DNA of 61,869 nucleotides, counting the filler. It is 5 parts of 5 records of this genome, joined end to end, with 100 filler letters (N's around TTAATTAATTAA, not from the genome) between each part and the next. Parts side by side here need not be neighbours in the genome. Positions count along the whole stretch, not along the records: positions 39,754 to 48,063 come from SRR2962707_1040; positions 48,164 to 61,869 come from SRR2962707_1046; 3 more parts are not named here. One strand, given 5' to 3'. The notes under the pieces were generated by a model, which saw nothing but the letters and a program-made list of their open reading frames with translations, had not been told where the DNA came from and searched no databases. Each line of letters opens with the position of its first letter. Position 1 is the stretch's first letter. Below are positions 42,229 through 52,159 of this stretch, piece after piece. A program made the translations under genes and the position numbers.

Positions 42229-43194
42229 CTACTCACAGAGCCGCGCACGGGCACGTCGATATTCATCACCAATTCGCCCGACAAGATCGCTGACCGATAC
42301 AACATCGGTGATCTGGCTGACGCCCTGGCCGGCGGACCAGACGGTTTTCCAGGCTTTGGCTTCGTCGTCCACGGGCTTGAGCTTATCGCCGTAATTCAGC
42401 TCACCGGCCTGGTTCAGCTTATCCATGGGATAGCCGGCGGCTTCCAGACTCTGACGCATAAAGTTTGCAGGAATCCCTGACACCGCCGGTGTGTGGATAA
42501 TGTCGCCGGATACCGCCTCGATGATCATGTTCTGATAGGCTGCTTCCGCCCGCGATTCGGTGGTATTGATAAACCGTGTGCCCAGATAGCACAGGTCCGC
42601 GCCCATGGCTTGAGCCGCCAGGAGGTCTTCGCCGTTGGAAAGCCCGCCGGCGAGCAGGATCACGCCATCGAACACCTCGCGGATTTCGTGCACCAGCACG
42701 AATGGATTAATGGTGCCAGCGTGGCCGCCGGCACCGGCAGACACCGCGATAATGCCATCCACGCCTGCTTCGGCCGCTTTGCGGGCGTGTTTCTGGTTGG
42801 TGACATCGTGGAAGACCAGGCCGCCGTAACTGTGCACTGCTTCAGTCACCTTGGTGGCGGCTCCCAGGGAGGTGATCACTATGGGCACCTGGTGTTTGAC
42901 GCACAGGTCCAGATCGGCCTCCCAGCGCGGGTTCGTGCGATGAACGATGAGATTCACGGCGTAAGGCGCGGCTGTCTGGCCCGGATGGGTTTCCCGGAAG
43001 TCCTTCAGGCCTTCGTTCATCTGAATCACCCATTCCTCGAAGCCTTCGCTGGTGCGCTGGTTCAGGGCCGGGAAGCTGCCAACGATGCCCTGCTTGCAGC
43101 AGGCCAGCGCCATCTCCGGTCCGGAGATCAGAAACATGGGTGCCGCCACCAGCGGGAGACTCAGCGATGTCTTCAGGGATTCAGGTAAGGCCAT
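42229..43194 (-). CDS. Nitronate monooxygenase family flavin oxidoreductase
   Basis: VAAPMF, AGAGGHAG, YLGTRFI, VWSAGQG. Confidence 0.88.
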   Translation of the reverse strand: MALPESLKTSLSLPLVAAPMFLISGPEMALACCKQGIVGSFPALNQRTSEGFEEWVIQMNEGLKDFRETHPGQTAAPYAVNLIVHRTNPRWEADLDLCVKHQVPIVITSLGAATKVTEAVHSYGGLVFHDVTNQKHARKAAEAGVDGIIAVSAGAGGHAGTINPFVLVHEIREVFDGVILLAGGLSNGEDLLAAQAMGADLCYLGTRFINTTESRAEAAYQNMIIEAVSGDIIHTPAVSGIPANFMRQSLEAAGYPMDKLNQAGELNYGDKLKPVDDEAKAWKTVWSAGQGVSQITDVVSVSDLVGRIGDEYRRARARLCE

Positions 43195-43301
43195 GAGAAT
43201 TCCTTAATTTTTGTTGGAACTTATGTAATGTATAAAGATCTTAGCGTGCTCATTACCGCATGAAAACGTCCACGAATGAATAAACAATAAGGAGCTCTAC
43301 C

Positions 43302-44033
43302 ATGGGCGAGGCAAAAAGAAGAAAAGAGACCGGCACACCGCCGCCCAACAGGAAGAAAGATCGTAAATCGTTGTATATCGGCATCAGTGTCATCGTTCTT
43401 GTTTTTGTTGCGGTGGGCGTCTTTTTCCTGACCGCGAGCCCGGCCCCCACCTCGGATGAGTTGCCGGTTGCCGGCCCCAATGCCGACCCGTTTCCTGCCC
43501 AGCTGGATCGCTTCGGCGTCTCCGTTGGTGACGAAGACGCACCCGTGGTGGTGCGGGAGTTCGCAGACTACCAGTGCCCCGCCTGCGCGCGTTTTTCGGA
43601 CGCCAGCCAGCAGTTGAAACAGGAATACGTGGAGTCCGGCAAGGTGCGGTTTGTGTACTTTGATCTGCCACTCCAGCAACACGACAACGCCATGCCTGCC
43701 GCCCAGGCAGCGCGCTGTGCGGGTGACCAGGACAGCTACTGGGCCATGCACGACAAGTTGTTCGACATGCAGACCGAATGGAGTGGTTCCAGCAGCCCGG
43801 TTGATACCTTTAGCCGCTACGCTGAGGACCTGGGGCTCGATGAGCGCCGTTTCAGCCGGTGCATGACGACAGATCTTCACGTCGAAGAAATCGAACAGAG
43901 CCGTCGAGTGGCCATGCAGCTTCGCGTTACCAGTACTCCAACCGTGTTGGTGGACAATATCCGCCTGACCCGCCCCGGATGGGGGCAGTTGTCGGCGGTG
44001 GTTGAGCGGGAGTTGGCCGGTTCCCAGCAATAA
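43302..44033 (+). CDS. DsbA/BdbD-like thioredoxin-fold protein
   Basis: EFADYQCPAC, VTSTPT, N-terminal TM. Confidence 0.88.
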   Translation: MGEAKRRKETGTPPPNRKKDRKSLYIGISVIVLVFVAVGVFFLTASPAPTSDELPVAGPNADPFPAQLDRFGVSVGDEDAPVVVREFADYQCPACARFSDASQQLKQEYVESGKVRFVYFDLPLQQHDNAMPAAQAARCAGDQDSYWAMHDKLFDMQTEWSGSSSPVDTFSRYAEDLGLDERRFSRCMTTDLHVEEIEQSRRVAMQLRVTSTPTVLVDNIRLTRPGWGQLSAVVERELAGSQQ

Positions 44034-44055
44034 TACGGCGACCGGTTCTCCCTGG

Positions 44056-44083
44056 AAAACTCCCGTACGGCGGGAGTTTTTTT
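44056..44083 (+). terminator. Intrinsic terminator
   Basis: AAAACTCCCG/CGGGAGTTTT stem plus T-run. Confidence 0.8.
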
Positions 44084-44200
44084 AGTTGGGGTCGGGGAAT
44101 TTCTCACAAAATGAATTATCATTCATGTGCCCTCAAAATCGACGGATAAACGCAAGAAGTTGAGGCTCTGGGGCAAGCCTTCATCAAGGAGCAAGTAGTG

Positions 44201-44758
44201 ATGAATAAGATTGTTTTGGGTTCGGCCTTTGCCGTAATGGCTTCTTTTGCATCCGGTGCGGCTGCACAGGATTCCCTGGAAGGTGGCTATGTGGGCCTCA
44301 ACTACGCCTTCGTAACCTACGAAGAAGATGGCATTTCTGAAGACTTTGACCTGGGCGCCCTGGTGGGCAAGGCCGGTGCGCAAATCAACCCGTACCTGGC
44401 AGCCGAGTTCCGTGCCGGTTTCGGCGCCAAAGACGACTCGACCAGTTTTAACGGTGTATCCCTGGATCTTGAACTGGATTACCTGGTGGGTGGTTACATG
44501 GTTCTGGGCCTTCCCAACGAAAGCCCCGTATACCCCTATGCCATTGTTGGCGTCACCAAGGGTGAACTGACGGCCTCCGCGAGCGGGTTTGGTAACTCTT
44601 TCAGTGACTCGGAGTCTGAGTCCGATATCTCCTACGGCGTGGGCGCCAACCTGAACATCAACAAGGATTTTCAGGTCAACGGCGAGTACATGCAGTACAT
44701 CGATAAGGATGGCGCAGAAATTTCCGGCGTCTCCGTGGGTTTTGCTGTTCTGTTCTGA
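44201..44758 (+). CDS. Small outer-membrane beta-barrel protein
   Basis: Signal peptide, alternating beta strands, SYGVG, C-terminal F. Confidence 0.8.
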   Translation: MNKIVLGSAFAVMASFASGAAAQDSLEGGYVGLNYAFVTYEEDGISEDFDLGALVGKAGAQINPYLAAEFRAGFGAKDDSTSFNGVSLDLELDYLVGGYMVLGLPNESPVYPYAIVGVTKGELTASASGFGNSFSDSESESDISYGVGANLNINKDFQVNGEYMQYIDKDGAEISGVSVGFAVLF

Positions 44759-44935
44759 GCATAGCCTGATCACCCGGTGCCGCCTTTGGGGCGCCGGGCA
44801 TTGTTAATGACGTCCCTGTAACCCCCCGTAATACTCTCCCTCGCCCGTATTCGTTAGAATGGCACCCTCACGCCCGTTGGCGATTATCAACCATGCTCCG
44901 GATTTACGGTCCGGCCCGCAGGAGAAACCAGACTC

Positions 44936-45946
44936 ATGAGCCAGGATGTTGTTGTCTGTGCGCTTTATAAGTTCGCAGTCCTGAATGATTACAAAACCCT
45001 TCGTCAGCCATTGCTGGATCTGATGTTGGAGAAAGAGGTACACGGCACATTGCTGCTGGCCCGTGAGGGCATTAACGGCACCATAGCCGGCAGTCGTGAA
45101 GGTGTGGATGCCATTCGCGGCTGGTTGGAGGCTGATCAGCGGTTCGAAGGCATCGACTACAAAGAATCGTTCGTCGACATCCAGCCCTTCAAGCGAACCA
45201 AAGTGAAGCTCAAGAAAGAGATCGTCACCATGGGTGTGGAGGGCATCGACCCGAAACGGATCGTCGGCACCTATGTAGACCCGAAAGAATGGAATGATCT
45301 CATCTCCGATCCGGACGTATTGGTGGTGGACACACGCAATCAGTACGAAGTGGAGATTGGGACTTTCCAGAACGCCAGGAACCCGGCCACGGATACGTTT
45401 CGTGAGTTCCCGGAGTATGTCAAAGAGAACCTGGACCCTTCGAAACACAAGAAGGTGGCCATGTTCTGCACCGGCGGCATCCGTTGTGAAAAGTCCACGG
45501 CGTTCCTGAAGGAGCAGGGGTTTGATGAGGTCTACCACCTGAAGGGAGGTATTCTCCGGTACCTCGAAGAAGTCCCGGAATCACAAAGCCTGTGGCAAGG
45601 GGAGTGCTTTGTATTCGATGACCGGGTAACGGTGAACCACAAGCTGGAACGGGGTGAGTTCGATCAGTGCCACGCCTGCCGCCGGCCGATCACCGAGGAA
45701 GACAAGCAGCGCCCGGAGTATGAGCAGGGCGTGAGTTGCCACCGTTGCATCGATTCGTTGACGGAGGAGCAGAAAGCCCGTTTTGCCGAGCGTGAGCGGC
45801 AAATGCGACTGGCGGAACAGCGGGGTGAAACCCATGTGGGCGGCGAAGCGGCACGTCTCATTGCGGAGCGCAAGGCCCGTAAAAAGGCAGAACGTGAGGA
45901 GCAGGCCCGCAAAAGTGCTATGGGGGAGCGCCGCGCGAAATCCTGA
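44936..45946 (+). CDS. trhO: Rhodanese-domain tRNA uridine hydroxylase (YceA/TrhO)
   Basis: [43 protein letters not shown]. Confidence 0.88.
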   Translation: MSQDVVVCALYKFAVLNDYKTLRQPLLDLMLEKEVHGTLLLAREGINGTIAGSREGVDAIRGWLEADQRFEGIDYKESFVDIQPFKRTKVKLKKEIVTMGVEGIDPKRIVGTYVDPKEWNDLISDPDVLVVDTRNQYEVEIGTFQNARNPATDTFREFPEYVKENLDPSKHKKVAMFCTGGIRCEKSTAFLKEQGFDEVYHLKGGILRYLEEVPESQSLWQGECFVFDDRVTVNHKLERGEFDQCHACRRPITEEDKQRPEYEQGVSCHRCIDSLTEEQKARFAERERQMRLAEQRGETHVGGEAARLIAERKARKKAEREEQARKSAMGERRAKS

Positions 45947-45965
45947 CAGGAAACAAGGAGATTCC

Positions 45966-46697
45966 ATGCAGTTCAGAGCAACCCTGGCGGTCGTCACACT
46001 GGCGGCATCGCCCATGGTTTTCGGCCAAGAGTTTGAAGAGTGGGAAGGCGAAGGGGAAGTCGGTGTGCTGATCACCTCCGGCAACACGGAGGAAACCAAC
46101 GTCAACGGTCGTCTCGGGCTGAAACATGAGATCGCGGACTGGCGGAATACCGGTGATTTCCGTTCAACCTATTCAGAGACGGATGACACCACGACGGCCG
46201 AAAAATACAGCGCTGAAGTGCAGTCTGATTACAAGTTCGAGGGCAGCCAGTACCTGTTCGTACGCGGAGCGTATGAAGACGACCGATTTTCCGGGTATGA
46301 CTTCCAGTCCTCGTTGACCACCGGTTACGGTAACCGGGTCTGGCAACGTGGCAAACGTTCTTTTCTTGACCTGTCTGTCGGTGGCGGTTACCGGTTTAAC
46401 CGGCTCGAGGAACCGGAAGCAGACGGCAATCAGGAGGAAGAAGAAGCCATCGCCCGGTTGGCAGGCAAGTTCGATTACGCTCTGTCCGATACGGCGTTGT
46501 TTCGTCAGAAGCTGAGTACCGAAATCGGTCTGTCAGAGAACAACACCATCAGCGAATCGGAAACATCCATACAGGCAACCGTTGTGGGTAACCTGTCCAT
46601 GAAGGCCGCGTATCTGGTCCAGCATGTTTCCGACGAGCCGGAAGGGGCCGACGACACCGACACCCAGGTGTCTGTGTCACTGCTCTACGGATTCTGA
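45966..46697 (+). CDS. DUF481 outer-membrane protein
   Basis: Signal peptide, TSGNT, YEDDRFSG, C-terminal LLYGF. Confidence 0.8.
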   Translation: MQFRATLAVVTLAASPMVFGQEFEEWEGEGEVGVLITSGNTEETNVNGRLGLKHEIADWRNTGDFRSTYSETDDTTTAEKYSAEVQSDYKFEGSQYLFVRGAYEDDRFSGYDFQSSLTTGYGNRVWQRGKRSFLDLSVGGGYRFNRLEEPEADGNQEEEEAIARLAGKFDYALSDTALFRQKLSTEIGLSENNTISESETSIQATVVGNLSMKAAYLVQHVSDEPEGADDTDTQVSVSLLYGF

Positions 46698-46704
46698 CCA
46701 GGCG

Positions 46705-47652
46705 TTATACCCGATTCCTGAGCCCCAGCTCATCCGGGTAGGGGGTCAGGTACTTCTGGCTGCTGAGGTAGTCCACCGGCTCCCGCCGCTGGGCCATCCG
46801 CAGCAGGGTCATCGGCACCACCAACGGTACTTCGCCCCGGTGGTAGGCGTCTACCTGCTCCATCAGTACCTGCCGGTCCTCCTCCGCCATGGAATCCCGC
46901 AGATAACCCATCAGGTGCTGCATGGCGTTCACGTGGGAACCCCGGCTGACCCGCTGGGTCATCGCTTCCATGAACGACGCGATGTATCGGTCAGCAATGT
47001 CTTTCAACGGCTCTGATTTCAGGTCGCCGAGCATTGGCCCCAACTGCCGATAGATCTTCTCGGAATGAGCCAGTAGCTGGAACTTGTGGCGGGTGTGGAA
47101 CTCGATCAGTGCACGGGCGGTGAGGTTGTCGCCAGCCACGTTCTGCATCCAGTCATCGTAGGCAAATACTCGCTCTATAAAGTTTTCCCTCAACATGTCG
47201 TCGTTCAGGCGGCCCTCTTCTTCCACCGGCATCAGCGGGTAGCGACGAATCAGTGCCTCAGCAAACAGTCCCCGGCCATCCCTGCGGGTGACATTGCCAT
47301 CTTCATTGTGCACCTTGATGCGCTCCATGCCGCAGCTGGGAGACTTGGCCATCAGGATGTAGCCCCGCAAATCCGCCAGAGTCGGTAGAACCTGGTCGAT
47401 AAATCCCTGCATGGCATCCGTATGGTCCGCCGTGCCTTTGGTTTCGATCAGCTTCAGTCCGTCGTGATATTCACGCAGGTGAATGGCGGGCCGGGGCACA
47501 CCGAGGCCCGCTTCCAGCTCCGGACAGATGGAACGAAACTCGAAATGGCGGGAAAGTACCTGGGTGCAGAAGCGGGAATGCTTGTGGCCGCCATCATGGC
47601 GAACTTCCTTGCCCAGCAGGCAGGTGCTGATACCAACGGGAATGCCTGTCAC
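46705..47652 (-). CDS. ybgA: YbgA family (DUF523/DUF1722) protein
   Basis: GISTCLLG..VRHDGG, CPE, KSPSCG, EEEGRL, YL.PYP. Confidence 0.88.
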   Translation of the reverse strand: MTGIPVGISTCLLGKEVRHDGGHKHSRFCTQVLSRHFEFRSICPELEAGLGVPRPAIHLREYHDGLKLIETKGTADHTDAMQGFIDQVLPTLADLRGYILMAKSPSCGMERIKVHNEDGNVTRRDGRGLFAEALIRRYPLMPVEEEGRLNDDMLRENFIERVFAYDDWMQNVAGDNLTARALIEFHTRHKFQLLAHSEKIYRQLGPMLGDLKSEPLKDIADRYIASFMEAMTQRVSRGSHVNAMQHLMGYLRDSMAEEDRQVLMEQVDAYHRGEVPLVVPMTLLRMAQRREPVDYLSSQKYLTPYPDELGLRNRV

Positions 47653-47744
47653 TGTCAGTCTCCGAATCGAAAAAGGTCCTTTAAAGTACGCTTTTCCAGT
47701 CTAGACCGATCATCTCCAAAGTTAAAAGCGGCGTGATGAATCAC

Positions 47745-48063
47745 TCAGCGGGAGGCTGATCGCGCCAGGGTCAGGGCATAGATTTCCCGCATATCACGGG
47801 CAAACTGCTCGACGGAATAGTCCGCCGCGAACGCCAGTGCGTGCTCGGCCAGTTCCTGGCGCAGGGTGTCGTCTTCCAACAGTTGTTGCACATGGTCACA
47901 CCACTGGTCCTGCTTTTCCGGCGTCTTGAAGCCGTTGTAGCCGTGGCGCACTACGTCTTCAATGCCACTGGAACGCACCGCCACCACTGGTAACCCGGCG
48001 GCCATGGCTTCCAGGATCACCATGCCCTGGGTTTCGGATTTGGAGGCGAACAGGAAGGCATCG
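47745..48063 (-). CDS. GT4 glycosyltransferase, C-terminal fragment
   Basis: FASKSETQGMVILEAMAAGLPVV. Confidence 0.85.
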
Positions 48064-48163
48064 NNNNNNNNNNNNNNNNNNNNNNNNNNNNNNNNNNNNN
48101 NNNNNNNTTAATTAATTAANNNNNNNNNNNNNNNNNNNNNNNNNNNNNNNNNNNNNNNNNNNN
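48064..48163. other. Artificial contig linker
   Basis: N-run, TTAATTAATTAA, N-run. Confidence 0.98.
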
Positions 48164-49126
48164 CATGCAGGCGCCGCAGCGGATGCAGCGCAGCATGTCC
48201 TGATATTCTGTGCCGAGCATGGCGGAGCGGCCATTGTCCAGCAGAACCACGTGATATTCATCCGGCCCATCCGGATCTTCTTCACGCTTCGGACCCGTGG
48301 AAAACGTCGTGTAGACGCTCATGTCCTGTCCGGTGGCCGAACGCGCAAGCACCCGCAGGATCTGCGAGGTGTCCTCAAGCGTTGGCACGATCTTCTCGAT
48401 CGAGGCGACAACCACATGCACCTTGCCCAGGGTCTGGGTCAGATCGCCATTGCCCTCGTTGGTGACGATCACCGAGGTGCCGGTCTCGGCGATGAGAAAA
48501 TTCGCGCCGGTGATGCCGACGTCTGCAGCAAAATATCGCTGGCGCAGCACTTCACGGGCTTCGCTGAGCAGTGACACCGGCTCGGAGAGATCACGATCCT
48601 TGTCCAGATGCGTGTGCACCCGGCGGAAGTCGCCCTCGACCTGTTCCTTGTTGAGATGCACCGCAGGCGCAATGATGTGGCTCGGGTGCTCGCCGCGCAG
48701 CTGGATGATGTATTCGCCCAGGTCGGTTTCCACCGGCTCGATGCCGTTGGCTTCGAGGTGATCGTTGAGCGCGATCTCCTCGGTGATCATCGACTTGCCC
48801 TTGGTGACCGTGCGGGCATTGGCGTTTTTGCAGATGTCGAGCACGATGCGGCGCGCGTCTTCCGCTGTTTCGGCCCAGTGAACATGCCCGCCTGCGGCGG
48901 TCACCTTGCGTTCGTATTCTTCGAGGTAAAGGTCGAGGTGCGCGAGAACGTGGTTCTTGATGTCGCGGGCATTGTCGCGAAGCGCGTCAAACTCCGGCAG
49001 GGCATCGGCGGCCTTCTGGCGTTTGCCGATAAAGCCTTTTTCGACATTGCCGAGTGCCTTTTGCAGCTGCGCGTCGACAAGCGCCTTTGAGGCGTTGGCC
49101 TTGAATTTGTTGGCGGTAAGTTCCAT
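48164..49126 (-). CDS. lutB: LutB/LldF lactate utilisation Fe-S protein (3'-truncated)
   Basis: KGKSMITEE, ETDLGEYIIQL, PSHIIAPA, CIRCGAC. Confidence 0.92.
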
Positions 49127-49145
49127 CGGGTGTCTCCTGTTCCGC

Positions 49146-49931
49146 CTATTTGCCGGAGCCGGCGATCGGTGGCTGACTGGTCATGCCCGCAAGCACCTCT
49201 GCGACATGGCGAACCTCGACAGCTGATCCCTGGCGTTTGAGTTTTCCGGCCATGTTCATCAGGCAGCCGAGATCTCCAGCCAGCAGCATGTCGGCACCCG
49301 AGGCGTCAATATTGCCGACCTTCTTGGTGACGATGGCGTTGGAGATATCGGAATACTTCACGCAGAAAGTGCCGCCGAAACCGCAGCAGACGTGCGAATC
49401 CGTCATCTCCTTGACTTCAAGGCCGCTGACATTGCCCAGAAGCTTGCGCGGTTGTTCGCTGATGTTGAGCTCACGCAAGCCCGAACAGGAATCATGATAG
49501 GTGATCTTGGCGTTGAGCTGCGCACCGGTGTCGCGCACCATCATCACGTCGGTGAGAAACGAAATCAGCTCGTGGCACTTGGCCGAGAACGCCTTGGAGC
49601 GCTCTTCCCAGGCGGCATTGCCTTCAAACAGGCCGGGATAGTGCTTCTTCAGCATCGAGGCGCAGGACCCCGAGGGCGCCACGATGAAGTCGAACTCCTC
49701 GAAGGCTTCGATCACCTGTTCGGCGATCTCCCGCGTGTCGGCTCTGTCGCCGGTGTTGTAGGCGGGCTGGCCGCAGCAGGTCTGCGCCACCGGCACATGT
49801 ACCTCGCAGCCGGCGTCCTGCAGCAGCTTGACGCTGGCAAATCCGACGGATGGCCGGAACAGATCGACCAGACAGGTCGCAAAAAGTCCCACACGCGGCT
49901 GCCTGGCAACCTTCGTTTCACTCGACGTCAC
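49146..49931 (-). CDS. lutA: LutA/LldE CCG-domain protein
   Basis: FATCLVD, QTCCGQP, YHDSC, CCGFGGTF, DLGCL. Confidence 0.9.
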   Translation of the reverse strand: MTSSETKVARQPRVGLFATCLVDLFRPSVGFASVKLLQDAGCEVHVPVAQTCCGQPAYNTGDRADTREIAEQVIEAFEEFDFIVAPSGSCASMLKKHYPGLFEGNAAWEERSKAFSAKCHELISFLTDVMMVRDTGAQLNAKITYHDSCSGLRELNISEQPRKLLGNVSGLEVKEMTDSHVCCGFGGTFCVKYSDISNAIVTKKVGNIDASGADMLLAGDLGCLMNMAGKLKRQGSAVEVRHVAEVLAGMTSQPPIAGSGK

Positions 49932-50755
49932 TCTGCCGCCTCCGATTGTTTGTGCTTGGCTGTTTGGTTGGTGTCCGAAAGATCAGGTGCCCGTTGCTGG
50001 AGACGGAGTTTTGACACTCGCTCCCAGTCGCCGGATCTTTCTGCGTCTTTCATCGCCCTTGAGACGAAATCGATGTGCGCCTGTGCGGCACGCCGGGCGG
50101 CGTCAGGGTTGGCCGCCATCACTGCATCATAGATCGCCACATGCTGGGCCAATAACTGTTCGCGTGCGCCCGGCAAATTGTAAACCATGGCGCGATTGTA
50201 AAACACGCCCTCGGTCAGCAGTCTGTAGCAGGAGCGCAAGGTGTGCAGCAGAATGATGTTGTGCGCGCACTCGCCGATCGCGCTGTGAAACTCGACGTCG
50301 ATTGCGGCTTCTTCCTCGAAATCGTCTTTCTGGTGAGCGGCTTTCATCGACGTGACAATTCGGGTCAGCAGCGCCTTGTCAGCTTCCGTGGCCCGCCGAG
50401 CCGCAAATTCAGCGGTTATGCCTTCAATCTCGCGCCGGTACTCAAGGTAATCCAGCGTCGCTTTCTGGTGCCGTGCGATCAGCTCCATCACCGGCCGGGT
50501 GAACACCTGGCCGATCACGTCGGCGACAAAGGTTCCACCGCCATGCTGTGTGTTGAGCAGGCCACGGCCCTCCAGAACCTTGAGAGCCTCACGCAGAATC
50601 GGCCTCGAAACGTCGAATTGCTTGGCAAGTTCGCGCTCGCCCGGAAGCCGATCGCCAACGCGCAGGATGCCCTCGAGCACCAATACCTCGATCTGATGAA
50701 CAACTTCATCAGCCGTCCGGCTATGCTCGATACGTGCAAAAATGTCCGTGGCCAT
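49928..50755 (-). CDS. FadR/GntR regulator (GlcC/LldR-like)
   Basis: LPGERELA..VSRPILREA, FCD domain. Confidence 0.88.
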   Translation of the reverse strand: MATDIFARIEHSRTADEVVHQIEVLVLEGILRVGDRLPGERELAKQFDVSRPILREALKVLEGRGLLNTQHGGGTFVADVIGQVFTRPVMELIARHQKATLDYLEYRREIEGITAEFAARRATEADKALLTRIVTSMKAAHQKDDFEEEAAIDVEFHSAIGECAHNIILLHTLRSCYRLLTEGVFYNRAMVYNLPGAREQLLAQHVAIYDAVMAANPDAARRAAQAHIDFVSRAMKDAERSGDWERVSKLRLQQRAPDLSDTNQTAKHKQSEAAE

Positions 50756-50806
50756 TGCCGCTTCCCGCTAAGTCCTCGGCAAGAGCGTACCAAGGGTCGG
50801 GAAAGG

Positions 50807-50825
50807 TGGTCAATATTTTTATCCA
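50807..50825. promoter_or_regulatory. Putative FadR-type operator
   Basis: TGGT-N11-TCCA; similar box at 52085-52103. Confidence 0.5.
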
Positions 50826-51014
50826 CTTTATGGCAAGTTTCGTCCGGTGACGTCTTGCAAGATTGCAGGGAAACGCGCCTGCTGCACGCAAAAACAGCGC
50901 CAGGAGGCGGTTTCCTGTCGGATGCTTCGCGTCGCTTTTTCAGCCTGAAAGCGCAAGGTTCTGCCCGCTGTCCTGATGGCGGGTGGTGAGCGTCTCACAG
51001 TGTGTACGGCTGCG

Positions 51015-51926
51015 TTATCGGCCGCCACCCTCGGTGTCCCAGTAGGGTGTCGGGCCATAGAGTTCAGCCAGATAATCAATGAACAGACGGACCTTGGCCG
51101 GCAGAAATCTTCGGCTCGCATAGACAGCGTGAATGGCCACATTGCGGGAACCTTCGTAGGCCGGAAGCACCTGAACCAGCCTGCCATCGGCAAGCTCCGC
51201 GCCGATGTCCCACGTCGATCGCAAGGCAATGCCGATGCCGCCGATCACCGCTTCGCGTACCACTTCACTTGAGTTGGTTTGCAGCGGCCCGATCGGGCGG
51301 TGGATCACCTCGCCCTGCGGGCCTTCGAGTTTCCAGGTGTCATTGTTGTGAGGTGCCAGGCAGATGTGATCCTCAAGACCATCGAGAGTGTCCGGTGTCC
51401 CATGCCGCTTGATGTAATCCGGAGAAGCCACCAAAACGCGCCGCACAGGCGCAAGTTTTCGCGCAACGAGACTGGAATCACTCAATTCTGCAATGCGAAT
51501 GGCCAGATCGTAGCCATCTCCAACGATATCGACAAATTCGTCCCGGAGCATCAGATTGACCCCCAGGTCCGGGTTGGCTTGCATGAAGGTGTTGATATGC
51601 GGCGCAATGTGCATGCGCCCGAAGGATGTCGGTGCGGAAACTTTCAACACGCCATGGGCCAGCGCCGAACGGCGCGACACAAATGCTTCGGCCTCCTCGA
51701 TGCCGGCCAGGATTGCCACCACGCGTTCATAAAAGCCCTGTCCCGCTTCGGTCAGGGAGATCTGCCGGGTTGTGCGCTGCATCAGCCTGGTGCCGAGCCT
51801 GTCCTCAAGCCGCCGAAGCCGCTTGGACACCACGGCAGGAGACAAACCAAGTTCGCGCCCGGCCGCCGACATCGATCCGGCGGCCACCACGCGGGCGAAA
51901 ATTTCCAGGTCTCCCAAATTGTTCAT
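51015..51926 (-). CDS. LysR family regulator
   Basis: GSMSAAGREL, RTTRQISLTEAG, KVRLFID. Confidence 0.92.
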   Translation of the reverse strand: MNNLGDLEIFARVVAAGSMSAAGRELGLSPAVVSKRLRRLEDRLGTRLMQRTTRQISLTEAGQGFYERVVAILAGIEEAEAFVSRRSALAHGVLKVSAPTSFGRMHIAPHINTFMQANPDLGVNLMLRDEFVDIVGDGYDLAIRIAELSDSSLVARKLAPVRRVLVASPDYIKRHGTPDTLDGLEDHICLAPHNNDTWKLEGPQGEVIHRPIGPLQTNSSEVVREAVIGGIGIALRSTWDIGAELADGRLVQVLPAYEGSRNVAIHAVYASRRFLPAKVRLFIDYLAELYGPTPYWDTEGGGR

Positions 51927-52084
51927 GCTGGGTGGTCTCTCCCTCTGTTGACTGCCATTATAATCATACGCATGGATCGTGGCTGTAGATCATTTACACG
52001 AAATCCGGACGTAAGGCCGAGCGTACCTAACTCAATCTATGCTCGCCGTGAAATCAGATCTGGATTGCCCAGCGGCAAATTAAG

Positions 52085-52103
52085 TGGTAAATAAAAAGTA
52101 CCA
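52085..52103. promoter_or_regulatory. Putative FadR-type operator upstream of glcD
   Basis: TGGTAAATAAAAAGTACCA. Confidence 0.55.
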
Positions 52104-52159
52104 GTTGCGCGCCACTCGCTGTGTAAGGAGCGGTGTGAAGAAATATCAGGGAGGAAGCC

